Of a stretch of 64,000 bases of DNA, positions 52,240 through 62,160 are shown in pieces. The DNA is from Gammaproteobacteria bacterium. GTDB lineage: Bacteria; Pseudomonadota; Gammaproteobacteria; SZUA-229. The position numbers were made by a program, and so were the translations under genes. Position 1 is the stretch's first letter. Each line of letters begins with the position of its first letter. The DNA is taken from positions 4,652 through 68,651 of the forward strand of contig JABDRN010000026.1 in assembly GCA_013041745.1 (NCBI GenBank), given 5' to 3'. The notes under the pieces were generated by a model. The model did not search any database, was not told where the DNA came from, and worked only from the letters and a program-made list of their open reading frames with translations.

Positions 52240-52352
52240 TCGCCGCCTGATAACCATAGAGCATGTCAATAGCTAAAAAAGCAGGTGTATGTCAACTGTC
52301 GATATGAGTGCGTTGCAGCTTTTGCCAGGTATAAAACATTTGCTTACATAAG

Positions 52353-53978
52353 GTGGAACAGATGGATCAGGTGCTTTCGAAAATAGTACAGCTAAATGAG
52401 ATCGGAATCGCGCTGTCTGCTGCGACAGATGTCGATGTGCTGTGTGACAAGATCTTGACAGGTGCTATGGATCTGACCGGCGCTGATGGTGGCAGTCTAT
52501 ACAAGATGTCTGAAGACAAGACATCACTCGAGTTTGTCATCGTCACCACGCATTCCCTCGATATCCACATGGGCGGATGTAGCGGCCACGAGATCAGGTT
52601 TCCTGCGATACCGTTGATGGTGAATGGTCAACCGAACAAGAGCAACGTGGTGAGCTCGGCAGTCCATGATGAACATACTATCAATATTACGGATGCCTAC
52701 CATGCTGAAGGTTTCGACTTCAGCGGCACGCGAAAATTTGACCAGCAGACCGGCTATCGTACACAGTCGATACTGACTATCCCGATGACCAATCACCACA
52801 ACGAGATCATCGGTGTGCTGCAGTTGATCAACGCCAAGGATGAAGCCAGTGGTGAGACCAGGGATTTCAGTAAAGCAGACCAGCAGTTAGCTGAATCATT
52901 AGCCTCACAGGCTGCTGTGGCGATAACTAATAACAAGTTGATCGAGGAGCAGCGGGAACTGTTTGAGGCTTTCATCAAACTGATGGCCAGTGCGATCGAC
53001 GAAAAATCACCATACACAGGTGGTCATTGCAAACGTGTCCCAGAGCTCACCATGATGATAGCGGATGCCTGTCATAATTCGCAGAGTGAAGCGCTAAAGG
53101 ATTTCAGGATGACGGGAAAAGATCGCTATGAACTCACCATCGCTGGTTGGCTGCATGATTGCGGCAAAGTGACCACGCCAGAGTATGTCGTTGATAAAGC
53201 GACCAAACTTGAGACTATCTATGACCGCATTAACACGGTGGATACACGATTTGAAGTATTGAAGAGGGATGCGACGATAGACTGTATGCAACAGAAGATC
53301 GAGCGCTTGAGCAAGGACAGTGCGGCTGACTGTTCTGATATTGACGACCAGCTTCAGCAGACGATCGAACAGCTGAATGATGACCGTAACTTTATACGTA
53401 AAAGTAATATTGGCGGCGAGTTTATGGATGCAGAGTTTCAGCAACGGGTGCGCGATATTGGCGAATACCGCTGGACCGATCCTGACGGTGTCAATGCAAA
53501 GTTTTTTGATGATGACGAGATAGAGAACCTGACCATCGCCAAGGGCACGCTTACCGCTGAAGAACGCGAAGTTATCAACAATCATATGGCGGTAACGATC
53601 AAGATGCTGGCGCAACTGCCTTTTCCTAAACACCTGAAGAATGTACCGGAATATGCCGGTGGTCACCATGAACGTATGGATGGTAAGGGGTATCCTAACG
53701 GTCTGACACGAGAACAGATGTCGCTGCAAGCACGGATGATGGGTATCGCAGATATCTTCGAAGCACTATCAGCGAGTGATCGACCCTATAAGACTGGTAA
53801 ACCATTGACTGAGTGTCTGCGCATCCTGGGATACATGAAGAAAGATAACCATGTCGATCCAGATATCTTCGATGTCTTCGTTCGCGATAAAGTTTATATG
53901 CGCTACGCAGAAACGTTCTTGCCGAAGAGCCAGATAGACCAGGTAGATCACTCAAAAATACCGGGCTTTGATGCTTGA
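52353..53978 (+). CDS. GAF-domain HD-GYP c-di-GMP phosphodiesterase-type protein
   Basis: 541 aa with an N-terminal GAF-like domain and an HD-GYP domain (GGHCKRVP, WLHDCGK, HHERMDGKGYP). The start is GTG 52353 or ATG 52362. Confidence 0.85.
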   Translation: MEQMDQVLSKIVQLNEIGIALSAATDVDVLCDKILTGAMDLTGADGGSLYKMSEDKTSLEFVIVTTHSLDIHMGGCSGHEIRFPAIPLMVNGQPNKSNVVSSAVHDEHTINITDAYHAEGFDFSGTRKFDQQTGYRTQSILTIPMTNHHNEIIGVLQLINAKDEASGETRDFSKADQQLAESLASQAAVAITNNKLIEEQRELFEAFIKLMASAIDEKSPYTGGHCKRVPELTMMIADACHNSQSEALKDFRMTGKDRYELTIAGWLHDCGKVTTPEYVVDKATKLETIYDRINTVDTRFEVLKRDATIDCMQQKIERLSKDSAADCSDIDDQLQQTIEQLNDDRNFIRKSNIGGEFMDAEFQQRVRDIGEYRWTDPDGVNAKFFDDDEIENLTIAKGTLTAEEREVINNHMAVTIKMLAQLPFPKHLKNVPEYAGGHHERMDGKGYPNGLTREQMSLQARMMGIADIFEALSASDRPYKTGKPLTECLRILGYMKKDNHVDPDIFDVFVRDKVYMRYAETFLPKSQIDQVDHSKIPGFDA

Positions 53979-53985
53979 TCGATCG

Positions 53986-55071
53986 CTAGATGCCCGCCTG
54001 GTCGATGGCGATATTGCTGCCTTCGAGATCTTCGGGCGGAACGTCTTTAATACCGTTGCTGAGTACCGTGGTCTTGAATCCTTTCTCACTCAATATGTAT
54101 GATGCTGACGAGCTTCGTCGTTCTGTGTCGCAATATAAGATATAGTTTATCATCGGGTCGAGCTCCTTGAGCTTCATGCGCAGGAATATCAGTGGCATAT
54201 GCGTCGCCGCCTTGATATGTACCGACTCATACTCGCCCGGTAAGCGTACATCCAGCCAGCTGGCCGCACCGCTATTAACTTTTAACTTGGCTGCAGTGTA
54301 ATCTATCTTCTCGATCAACGGTTCATTGAGCAGGGAAAGAAAGTCCTGCTTAGACAGACGGCTCAATGTGCCTTTCGTTAGCATCACGATTGAAGCATTA
54401 CGTGTCGCCTCTGAGATCAGTGCTTCCTCGCCAAATGTGTCACCGCTCGACAGGTCGGCAAGTTTGATCTCCTCATCTGATCCGGGGTTCTTTCTTGTCA
54501 CCATGCAGCGGCCTGATTTGATGATATAGAAGTAGTCTCCAGGTTCGCCCTGGCGAATGATGCTGTCACCGACGTTGACGTTTATATCTTCAAGGCTGGT
54601 AAAGATGGCCTGAATATTGGCTGGCGGAATCCGGCGAAATGCTTCTGTCTGCAAGATGTGCGACATCCAGTCATCATCGTCATCGCTGCTGCTGAGCTCT
54701 TCAACCTGAAAGCTGCCTGTCTGGTCCCATGCCAGCATCAGGTCCAGCAGATCGGCATCGACTTTGAAGATGATAGCATCTGAGGAGGCAACACATGACA
54801 GGTTGCGGGGGATGATATGAGCGACAGCTGTTTTAGCTGCAGCGGTGCCGGCTTCGATGGTCTTCAGTGTTTTTCCTGCTTTTAAGAGGTCGATATTTCC
54901 CGTGTAGAGAAATATATGGTCTTCGTCTTTATCACCCTCTTTGAAGACAGCATCGCCTTTCTTTAATTCCAGTACGACCAGTTTCTCTGCGATCTCTTTA
55001 AGGTTTTCTGGCGTCAGGGAATCGAGTGGCTGATAGTTGTTGAGATCCAGAAAAGAAATCGTTTTGCTCAT
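53986..55071 (-). CDS. Dual cyclic-nucleotide-binding-domain protein with C-terminal rhodanese domain
   Basis: 361 aa with two CAP_ED-like modules (FKEGDKDEDHIFLYTG; GEPGDYFYIIKSGR...GDTFGEEALI). The rhodanese-like domain is WLDVRLPGEYESVHI...ILYCDTERRSS, with an active-site-position Cys. Confidence 0.8.
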   Translation of the reverse strand: MSKTISFLDLNNYQPLDSLTPENLKEIAEKLVVLELKKGDAVFKEGDKDEDHIFLYTGNIDLLKAGKTLKTIEAGTAAAKTAVAHIIPRNLSCVASSDAIIFKVDADLLDLMLAWDQTGSFQVEELSSSDDDDDWMSHILQTEAFRRIPPANIQAIFTSLEDINVNVGDSIIRQGEPGDYFYIIKSGRCMVTRKNPGSDEEIKLADLSSGDTFGEEALISEATRNASIVMLTKGTLSRLSKQDFLSLLNEPLIEKIDYTAAKLKVNSGAASWLDVRLPGEYESVHIKAATHMPLIFLRMKLKELDPMINYILYCDTERRSSSASYILSEKGFKTTVLSNGIKDVPPEDLEGSNIAIDQAGI

Positions 55072-55130
55072 TTAGTATGTACCGAAAAATTATTGGTTAC
55101 ATCTGTGTTCTTATGAGCTGTTACCGGAAA

Positions 55131-56819
55131 TTAACCCGGTGTGCCACTCTGTTCAGTAACATCGATATATAGCTTCAATCGCTGTCCGGGCTTGATATAT
55201 TTTCCCTTGATCGTGTTCCAGCGGTGCAGGTCTTTTACATTGACACGGTACTTGCTGGCGATGGTAGAGAGTGAATCACCACTTCTAACCGTATAGTTAA
55301 TTGATTTCACCGTGCTGTTAGGATTATGGGTTTTGATGTGGCTGCTTGCGACGCTCGACTTCGAAGACCATACCACCAGTTTTTGCCCTTGTTTTAGCGG
55401 GTCTCTGATCGCCATGCCGTTCCATTTGGCCAGTTTATGCATATCAACACCATACTTTCTCGATATGGTCCAGAAACTCTCACCTGACTGAACGCGGTGG
55501 TTGATGCGTGATTTATTCTTGCCACGTTTTTTGTTCTGTGTCGCTTTTAGACGCTGGGGTGAGGATAGGGCATAGCTGCTATTATTTTTACTGGAGACAG
55601 GTATCATCAGATATTTGCCTGCACGGATATTATTGCCCCGAATATTGTTTACTTTCTTCAGATGCTTCACAGAGGTGTTATATTCCACTGCGATTTCACT
55701 CAGGGTTTCACCGGATTTGATCTTGTGACGTGACCAGCGCAGGTGTTTCTCAGCAGGTAATTCTGAATAATTCTTTTCGAAGATCTCGGCCGCTTCGACA
55801 GGCAGGATCAGGTTGTGCGGTCCATCAGGATCGGTCGCCCAGCGGTTGAACGCCGGGTTGTAATTATACAGGGTTTCAATATCCAGATCGGCCAGTTCAG
55901 CGGCCAGTGCCAGGTCTATCTGCGCATTTGCCTGTACCTGTCTGAAGCCGGGAGCATCCGATATGCAGCGCAGGCTGACGTTGTACTGATCCGGGTCGCT
56001 GATGACGGCTTTTAATGCCAGTAGCTTTGGCACATAGGCACGCGTTTCTTTCGGCAGTTTTAAATGCCAGAAATCGGTAGGTTTGTTCTGCTTTTTATTA
56101 CGCCTGATCGCACGTTGCACGGTACCTGAGCCTGAGTTGTATGCAGCCAGTGCCAGCATCCAGTCCCCCTTGAACTGCTTGTTCAGGCTTTCAAGATAGT
56201 TCAGTGCCGCCTGAGTGGAGGCATAGATATCACGTCGTCCATCGTACCACCAGTTTTGTTTCAGACCGTAGTATTTGCCGGTAGAAGGGATGAACTGCCA
56301 GATGCCTGCAGCCCGGCCATGTGAATAGGCAAATGGCTGATACGCACTTTCGACGATCGGTAAAAGCACCAGTTCGGTAGGCAGGTCACGTTTTTCAGCT
56401 TCTTCCAGGATGTAATAGATAAACGGGTCAGCGCGTCGCATGACACGTTGCATGTATTCTGGATGGCGTGCCAGCCAGTCGATCTCGTCCTGCAGTGATT
56501 TGTGCTCTACATCATCAGGCAATTGAAATCCTGCCCTGACACGTGGCCAGATGCTCACTGATGACTCAGTATTCAGATAGAGTTCTTCGAACTGGTCAAA
56601 TTCAAAATCTTCGAACGATGCAGATACTTCTCTGGTTTCTGCATGGCTGGACTGCTTCTCAGCCACTCCAGTAGTTGGTAAAGGGGCCATATCACTTGCC
56701 GGATTATCAAGCTGACTGGATTTGATATCGTTACAGGCAACTAGAAAACTAACACTGGCCACTATAAAGACAGGTTTAAAAACAGAGGTATACGGGACAC
56801 AAAGAAATAAGTTTTTCAA
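55131..56819 (-). CDS. mltD: Membrane-bound lytic murein transglycosylase D (lipoprotein, LysM repeats)
   Basis: 562 aa with lipobox LVAC, an SLT domain (ESAYQPFAYSHGRAAGIWQF, AAYNSGSGTV) and three LysM-like repeats in the C-terminal half. Confidence 0.9.
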   Translation of the reverse strand: MKNLFLCVPYTSVFKPVFIVASVSFLVACNDIKSSQLDNPASDMAPLPTTGVAEKQSSHAETREVSASFEDFEFDQFEELYLNTESSVSIWPRVRAGFQLPDDVEHKSLQDEIDWLARHPEYMQRVMRRADPFIYYILEEAEKRDLPTELVLLPIVESAYQPFAYSHGRAAGIWQFIPSTGKYYGLKQNWWYDGRRDIYASTQAALNYLESLNKQFKGDWMLALAAYNSGSGTVQRAIRRNKKQNKPTDFWHLKLPKETRAYVPKLLALKAVISDPDQYNVSLRCISDAPGFRQVQANAQIDLALAAELADLDIETLYNYNPAFNRWATDPDGPHNLILPVEAAEIFEKNYSELPAEKHLRWSRHKIKSGETLSEIAVEYNTSVKHLKKVNNIRGNNIRAGKYLMIPVSSKNNSSYALSSPQRLKATQNKKRGKNKSRINHRVQSGESFWTISRKYGVDMHKLAKWNGMAIRDPLKQGQKLVVWSSKSSVASSHIKTHNPNSTVKSINYTVRSGDSLSTIASKYRVNVKDLHRWNTIKGKYIKPGQRLKLYIDVTEQSGTPG

Positions 56820-57022
56820 GGTATTAACACTAGTAATTTAATTATAATGAGTCATGACAGTGGCATCATCAGTTTGCCGTTTCTGGCAACAGTTATAACC
56901 ACCGAAGTTTCAACTGGTTTTCTGTTAACAGGCACTATAATATCGCCATGCACGATACAACTTGCCATAACTATGTTTGTTATAGTTTAAATTGTACAAC
57001 ATCAATACAGAAATGGGCCGAT

Positions 57023-57466
57023 ATGAGCGTAAATATTGTAGAAATATATACTGATGGCGCTTGCCGCGGTAATCCTGGTCCAGGCGGCTGGGGCGCCAGC
57101 TTACGTTTTAATGGGAAACAGAAGGACCTGTATGGTTCAGAAGCTAATACCACTAATAACAGGATGGAGCTGATGGCAGTGATCCAGGCGCTGGAAGCAT
57201 TGACCCGGCCCTGTGCGGTGAAAATATATACCGACTCTAAGTATGTCCTCGAAGGTATGACCAAATGGATGCCCAGCTGGAAAAAACGCGGCTGGAAAAC
57301 GGCGGCAAAAAAGCCGGTAAAAAACGCTGAACTCTGGCAGCGTCTGGATACCGCTGTACAGGCCAACGATGTCAGCTGGCAGTGGGTAAAAGGCCATTCC
57401 GGGCATGATGGCAATGAATACGCCGATATGCTGGCAAATCGCGGTATTGATGAGTTGCTGAGTTAA
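57023..57466 (+). CDS. rnhA: Ribonuclease HI
   Basis: [37 protein letters not shown] and [15 protein letters not shown] motifs are present. ATG 57023 is chosen over the track start 56948. Confidence 0.95.
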   Translation: MSVNIVEIYTDGACRGNPGPGGWGASLRFNGKQKDLYGSEANTTNNRMELMAVIQALEALTRPCAVKIYTDSKYVLEGMTKWMPSWKKRGWKTAAKKPVKNAELWQRLDTAVQANDVSWQWVKGHSGHDGNEYADMLANRGIDELLS

Positions 57467-57505
57467 TATAGAAATTGCTGCGCTACACCTCGATACTGGG
57501 CCAGC

Positions 57506-58234
57506 ATGGAGATAAAGATGAACGATGAACAAGCAGTGAATAACCGGCAGATCGTACTCGATACGGAGACCACAGGCCTGGAGCCATCTCAGGGGCACAG
57601 GATCATCGAGATCGGTTGTGTCGAGATGATCAATCGTCGCCTTACCGGAAATAATTACCACCAGTATCTGCAGCCAGACCGGGAGATCGATGAAGGTGCT
57701 CAGGCAGTACATGGTATCAGTAATGAGTTTCTTGCCGATAAACCACGCTTCCCGGACGTAGTGAAAGATTTTATTGAATACCTCGATGGCGCGGAACTAA
57801 TCATTCATAACGCACCGTTCGATGTCGGTTTCATCGATCATGAGCTGAAACTGGCTGGTGATGAGTTTGGCCAGGTAGAGACCTATTGCATGGTCATCGA
57901 TACTCTGGTGATGGCGAGAAAGATGCGCCCGGGCAAGAAGAATAACCTCGATGTGCTATGTAGAGAGTACGATGTCAATAATGCGCATCGTGACCTGCAC
58001 GGCGCTCTGCTGGACTCTGAGTTGCTGGCAGAAGTCTATTTGCGGATGACCGGTGGCCAGAGTGCGTTGTCACTCGAGAGCGAGGATGTCACGACTGCGG
58101 CAAATGGTGATGTCGCCATCAAAAAATTAGCAGCCGACAGGAAGCCTATCAGGATAATTCAGGCCAGTGATGAAGAGCTGAGTGCGCACCAGGCGATCCT
58201 TGAAAAGATGGGTGATACTTCACTGTGGAAATAG
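57506..58234 (+). CDS. dnaQ: DNA polymerase III epsilon subunit (3'-5' proofreading exonuclease)
   Basis: 242 aa with DEDDh Exo motifs (VLDTETTGL, IHNAPFDVGF, HGALLDSELLAEVY). Confidence 0.95.
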   Translation: MEIKMNDEQAVNNRQIVLDTETTGLEPSQGHRIIEIGCVEMINRRLTGNNYHQYLQPDREIDEGAQAVHGISNEFLADKPRFPDVVKDFIEYLDGAELIIHNAPFDVGFIDHELKLAGDEFGQVETYCMVIDTLVMARKMRPGKKNNLDVLCREYDVNNAHRDLHGALLDSELLAEVYLRMTGGQSALSLESEDVTTAANGDVAIKKLAADRKPIRIIQASDEELSAHQAILEKMGDTSLWK

Positions 58235-58283
58235 CTCGTGCAGACATCTTCAGCATTCACCGTGCTCGGATCAAATCCAGCTG

Positions 58284-58763
58284 TTAACGTATTTTTAAAG
58301 ACCGGGCTTTTTCACGTTGCCAGTCACGTTCCTTGATCGCGGCGCGTTTGTCATGCGCTTTCTTGCCTTTTGCCAGGCCGATCTCGAGTTTTACCAGGCC
58401 TTTTTTATTCCAGAATAGTGCCAGCGGTACCAGGGTGTAACCTTTGCGCTCGATCTGCCCGATGAGGCGGTCGATCTCATAACGATGCATCAATATCTTA
58501 CGCGCACGCGTCGGATTGGCATGGATGTGGGTCGAGGTGCTGATCAGCGGAGTGATAGTGCCGCCGATCCATTCGAGTTCGCCATTTTTTGCAAAGATAT
58601 AACTCTCATCGATCTGCACTTTCCCGGCACGCAGGCTTTTGACTTCCCAGCCTTCAAGGGCGAGGCCAGCTTCGAAATTACTCTCGATGCTATAGTCAAA
58701 TCGCGCTTTCCTGTTACGCGCGATGGTGTTGTCATTGGGTTTTTTCTTCGGTTTCTTAGCCAT
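58284..58763 (-). CDS. smpB: SsrA-binding protein SmpB
   Basis: 159 aa with [16 protein letters not shown] and a basic C-terminal tail. Confidence 0.96.
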   Translation of the reverse strand: MAKKPKKKPNDNTIARNRKARFDYSIESNFEAGLALEGWEVKSLRAGKVQIDESYIFAKNGELEWIGGTITPLISTSTHIHANPTRARKILMHRYEIDRLIGQIERKGYTLVPLALFWNKKGLVKLEIGLAKGKKAHDKRAAIKERDWQREKARSLKIR

Positions 58764-58940
58764 GTCCAGCAGAGGTATGAGCTCGGTAAAATCAGCTTGG
58801 CAAGTATAGGGTATGTGGCCACGGCTGTCATTGCTGCTGAGCGTGGTGGGGCTAAATTACTATTATTATTAAAAATAACTTGAGTCGGTGCTCTAAATTG
58901 TTAAAAATGAGCCACAAAAATATTTTGACACATCTCTTTT

Positions 58941-60311
58941 ATGGCTGAACAGCGCAAATCAATTCATGGTCAATGGACCAATCGCACCGTATTTATCCTG
59001 GCGGCTACCGGTTCTGCCGTCGGTCTGGGTAATATCTGGAAGTTTCCATATATCGCCGGTGAAAATGGTGGTGGCACCTTCGTGCTGGTGTACCTGCTAT
59101 GTATTGCCCTGATCGGCCTTCCGATCATGATGGCAGAGATCATGCTGGGGCGCCGCGGTAAACAGAGCCCGATAAATACCATGGCGGCACTGGCGAAAGA
59201 CGAACAGCGCAATCCGGGCTGGGTCTGGCTCGGCTGGATGGGTGTGCTGGCCGGTTTTTTGATCCTGTCTTACTATAGTGTGATCGCAGGCTGGGCCATG
59301 TCCTATGTATTTCGCACCGGTGGAGGCTTGTTTCTGGGTGTTACTGCGGATGGTGTAAACAGCATATTCACCGACCTGGTTACCGATCCTGAACGTCTAA
59401 TGGCCTGGCATACCCTGTTTATGGTGATGACCATGATCGTGGTCGCACGGGGAGTAAAGCATGGTATCGAGAGAGCGGTCACATATCTCATGCCATTACT
59501 GTTCGCCCTGTTGATCATCATTGTCATCTACTCCGTGACTACCGGTCACTTTATGGAGGGGGTAAGATTCCTCTTTACTCCCGGTAAGATCGACGGCAAG
59601 GCGATACTCATAGCGATGGGACATGCGTTTTTTACGCTTAGCCTGGGCATGGGAGCGATCATGGTCTATGGCTCGTATCTGTCCAATAAGCATTCGATCG
59701 CGCAGGCCTCCATCCTTATCGCACTGGCAGATACCGTGGTAGCGTTACTTGCTGGCCTGGCTATCTTTCCGATCGTGTTCGCCAATGGCCTTGAACCCGG
59801 TGCCGGCCCGGGGCTGATCTTTCAGACTCTGCCGATTGCCTTCGGCCATATGCAGGGCGGCACACTGGTGGGTGTGGTGTTCTTCACGCTGCTGGTTTTT
59901 GCTGCCTGGACTTCAGCTATATCGCTGATCGAGCCGGCAGTTGCATACCTGGTGGAGAATAAAGGAGTTAACCGTATCTATGCGTCTGTCTGGATCGGTT
60001 TTCTCACCTGGTTCGTTGGCCTTGGCACCGTGTTCTCCTTCAATATCTGGAAAGAAAAGACCCTGACTATCCCGTTCCTTTTCGAGGATCTAACCTTCTT
60101 TGACGTACTAGACTATCTGACGGCAAATATCATGCTACCTTTAGGCGGTCTGTTCATAGCATTGTTTGCTGCCTGGGTGATGAAGGAAAAGTCAACACGT
60201 GAGGAGCTGGCAACCTATCCATGGCTGTATAAGATCTGGAATTTTTTAACCAGCTTTGTTACCCCGCTTGCCGTGATCGTGGTATTCCTCAAAGCCATCG
60301 GTGTCATCTAA
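58941..60311 (+). CDS. Sodium-dependent transporter, neurotransmitter:sodium symporter (SNF) family
   Basis: 456 aa, about 11-12 TM, with the GSAVGLGNIWKFPY signature near the N-terminus. Confidence 0.88.
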   Translation: MAEQRKSIHGQWTNRTVFILAATGSAVGLGNIWKFPYIAGENGGGTFVLVYLLCIALIGLPIMMAEIMLGRRGKQSPINTMAALAKDEQRNPGWVWLGWMGVLAGFLILSYYSVIAGWAMSYVFRTGGGLFLGVTADGVNSIFTDLVTDPERLMAWHTLFMVMTMIVVARGVKHGIERAVTYLMPLLFALLIIIVIYSVTTGHFMEGVRFLFTPGKIDGKAILIAMGHAFFTLSLGMGAIMVYGSYLSNKHSIAQASILIALADTVVALLAGLAIFPIVFANGLEPGAGPGLIFQTLPIAFGHMQGGTLVGVVFFTLLVFAAWTSAISLIEPAVAYLVENKGVNRIYASVWIGFLTWFVGLGTVFSFNIWKEKTLTIPFLFEDLTFFDVLDYLTANIMLPLGGLFIALFAAWVMKEKSTREELATYPWLYKIWNFLTSFVTPLAVIVVFLKAIGVI

Positions 60312-60327
60312 GTTTTCATAGCGAATA

Positions 60328-60771
60328 ATGTCTCATATAAAACGCAGCGCACTGGTGCACTATTCACCCTCAGAAATGTATCAGCTGGTCAACAATGTCG
60401 GTGATTATGCGGAATTTTTACCTTGGTGCCGGTCTTCACAAGTGAAGTCAGAATCGAATACCGAGATGATTGCCTCGGTGGAGATCGCAAAGGGAATATT
60501 GAATAAAACCTTTACCACTCACAATCAGCTTTCTAAAGACCGGCGTATCGAGTTGCAGCTGGTCGATGGACCGTTCAAAAAACTCAGCGGTTACTGGCAG
60601 TTTGACAGTCTCAAGACCGATGAGGCCTGCAAGATAACCCTGGAACTGGACTTCGATTTTGACAGCGCGATGATGTCGATCGCGGCGACGCCGATATTTA
60701 CCCAGATAGCGAACTCCCTGGTCGATTCTTTCTGTAAACGTGCTGTCCAAGTTTATGGAGAGCGTGGATAA
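60328..60771 (+). CDS. ratA: SRPBCC/polyketide-cyclase-fold protein RatA (YfjG/PasT family)
   Basis: 147 aa with VxDYxxFLPWC and LxGxW motifs. It holds the conserved position next to rnfH and smpB. Confidence 0.85.
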   Translation: MSHIKRSALVHYSPSEMYQLVNNVGDYAEFLPWCRSSQVKSESNTEMIASVEIAKGILNKTFTTHNQLSKDRRIELQLVDGPFKKLSGYWQFDSLKTDEACKITLELDFDFDSAMMSIAATPIFTQIANSLVDSFCKRAVQVYGERG

Positions 60772-60774
60772 GTT

Positions 60775-61095
60775 ATGGTGATAGACAGCATCAATGTTGA
60801 AGTGGCATATGCCTTGCCACAAAAACAGGTCATTCGGTCAGTGAATGTCGATGCCGGTACAACCATCGGTGCGGCAATCGTACAGTCTGGCATCATGATG
60901 GATTTTCCTGAATTAGAGGCCGAGCTGGAAGATGCCAAGGTAGGCATTTTCGGAAAAGCAGCGGCGATGACCACAGTACTGTCCGATGGAGACCGTGTCG
61001 AGATCTATCGGCCGCTTATCGCTGATCCAAAAGAGGTCAGGCGGCAGCGGGCCGCAGCTGGCAAGAAGATGAAGAAGGGAGGCGGGGACGCCTGA
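60775..61095 (+). CDS. rnfH: RnfH family ubiquitin-like small protein (YfjF/PasI)
   Basis: 106 aa with VEVAYALPQKQ...GDRVEIYRPL...DPKEVRRQRA, typical of RnfH. Confidence 0.85.
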   Translation: MVIDSINVEVAYALPQKQVIRSVNVDAGTTIGAAIVQSGIMMDFPELEAELEDAKVGIFGKAAAMTTVLSDGDRVEIYRPLIADPKEVRRQRAAAGKKMKKGGGDA

Positions 61096-61142
61096 TTTCT
61101 CCATGAGTGCGATGCCTCACTGTGAAATGTTAAGCAATAAGA

Positions 61143-61511
61143 CTAAGGCTCAACATACTGCGAATCATCGATCTTCACCAGTACATCATCCTCAAAATAC
61201 AGCGTCAACAATGATTTGCGCTCGAATCCTTTATTGGGGATAAACCGGTAGATATAGTCCCAGCGCTGATTATGGAAAGGGTCTGACAACATCGGCGAGC
61301 CCATGATCTTGCGCACTTCGGTTTTTGTCATGCCGATGGAAATCGCTTCCAGCTGTTCGAGTTTGACAGTATTTCCCTGTTGCAGGTCCAGTTTATGGGC
61401 TTCTGGCAACCATTCTGCACATGCGTTCAGTACAATTATGCAAAAAAATACCAGCAGTGAGGCCTTGAAATTTTTCAATGTATTCCAGATGAGAGTGGTT
61501 CTCAGTATCAT
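61143..61511 (-). CDS. bamE: Outer-membrane protein assembly factor BamE (SmpA/OmlA lipoprotein)
   Basis: 122 aa with lipobox LNAC and QQGN...GMTKTEVRKIMGSP...RWDYIY motifs. Confidence 0.88.
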   Translation of the reverse strand: MILRTTLIWNTLKNFKASLLVFFCIIVLNACAEWLPEAHKLDLQQGNTVKLEQLEAISIGMTKTEVRKIMGSPMLSDPFHNQRWDYIYRFIPNKGFERKSLLTLYFEDDVLVKIDDSQYVEP

Positions 61512-61570
61512 AAACGTGTTTAAATACAGTTATTCTTAAAACGGGTCGAAATACTACCGTATATGCCCAT

Positions 61571-61589
61571 GATAATCAGTAGAAATTTA
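61571..61589 (+). promoter_or_regulatory. Weak Fur-box-like sequence overlapping the fur start
   Basis: GATAATCAGTAGAAATTTA matches the 19-nt GATAATGATAATCATTATC consensus at 11 of 19 positions by my count. Confidence 0.25.
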
Positions 61590-62002
61590 TGGAATCAAGC
61601 GATTTAAAAAAAGCAGGGCTTAAAGTAACACTGCCACGAATGAAAATTCTGGAGTTTCTTGAGGTTTCAAAAATACGTCATCAGAGTGCTGAAGATATCT
61701 ATCGCTCATTGCTGGATGATGGTGAAGAAATCGGACTGGCAACCGTGTATCGGGTCCTTACCCAATTCGAGGCTGCAGGGCTGGTGGAACGCCATCATTT
61801 TGAGAGTGGCCAGGCCGTTTTCGAGTTGAGTGAAAAAGGCCATCATGACCACATTGTCTGTGTTTCTTGCGGTAAGGTCGAGGAATTTTACGATGAAATG
61901 ATCGAAAATCGTCAACGTGAAGTTGCATCAGAAAAAGGCTATGAAGTCACCGACCATAGCCTGACCCTCTATGGCAAGTGCCCGGCCTGCCAGAAAAAAT
62001 AG
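61589..62002 (+). CDS. fur: Ferric uptake regulator Fur
   Basis: 137 aa with LKKAGLKVTLPRMKIL, ATVYRVLTQFEAAGLV, HHDHIVC and C-terminal CxxC pairs. Confidence 0.95.
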   Translation: MESSDLKKAGLKVTLPRMKILEFLEVSKIRHQSAEDIYRSLLDDGEEIGLATVYRVLTQFEAAGLVERHHFESGQAVFELSEKGHHDHIVCVSCGKVEEFYDEMIENRQREVASEKGYEVTDHSLTLYGKCPACQKK

Positions 62003-62160
62003 TTTCGAGTAAATCCTAAACCAGAAAGAACGAGTCGTGAAATCACACGCCCGCTCCCTTGAGCAGCAGGTATATTTATATCATTACTAGACTATGCTGT
62101 CGTCATTTGAATTAAAATAGACCTCATCAGGTCGATATTCAAAATGGAACTTTCCAGTTA

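Noticed and set aside
58235-58940. tmRNA (ssrA) gene next to smpB.
   Set aside because: Neither flank contains a GGGGCTGAT-type 5' end, a tRNA-Ala-like acceptor and T-arm, or enough space. dnaQ ends 49 nt from smpB.
60328-61095. ratA-rnfH as a type II toxin-antitoxin or defence module.
   Set aside because: This pair sits in its universally conserved housekeeping position beside smpB and bamE. The toxin-antitoxin label is historical, and nothing in the sequence suggests a mobile or accessory module.
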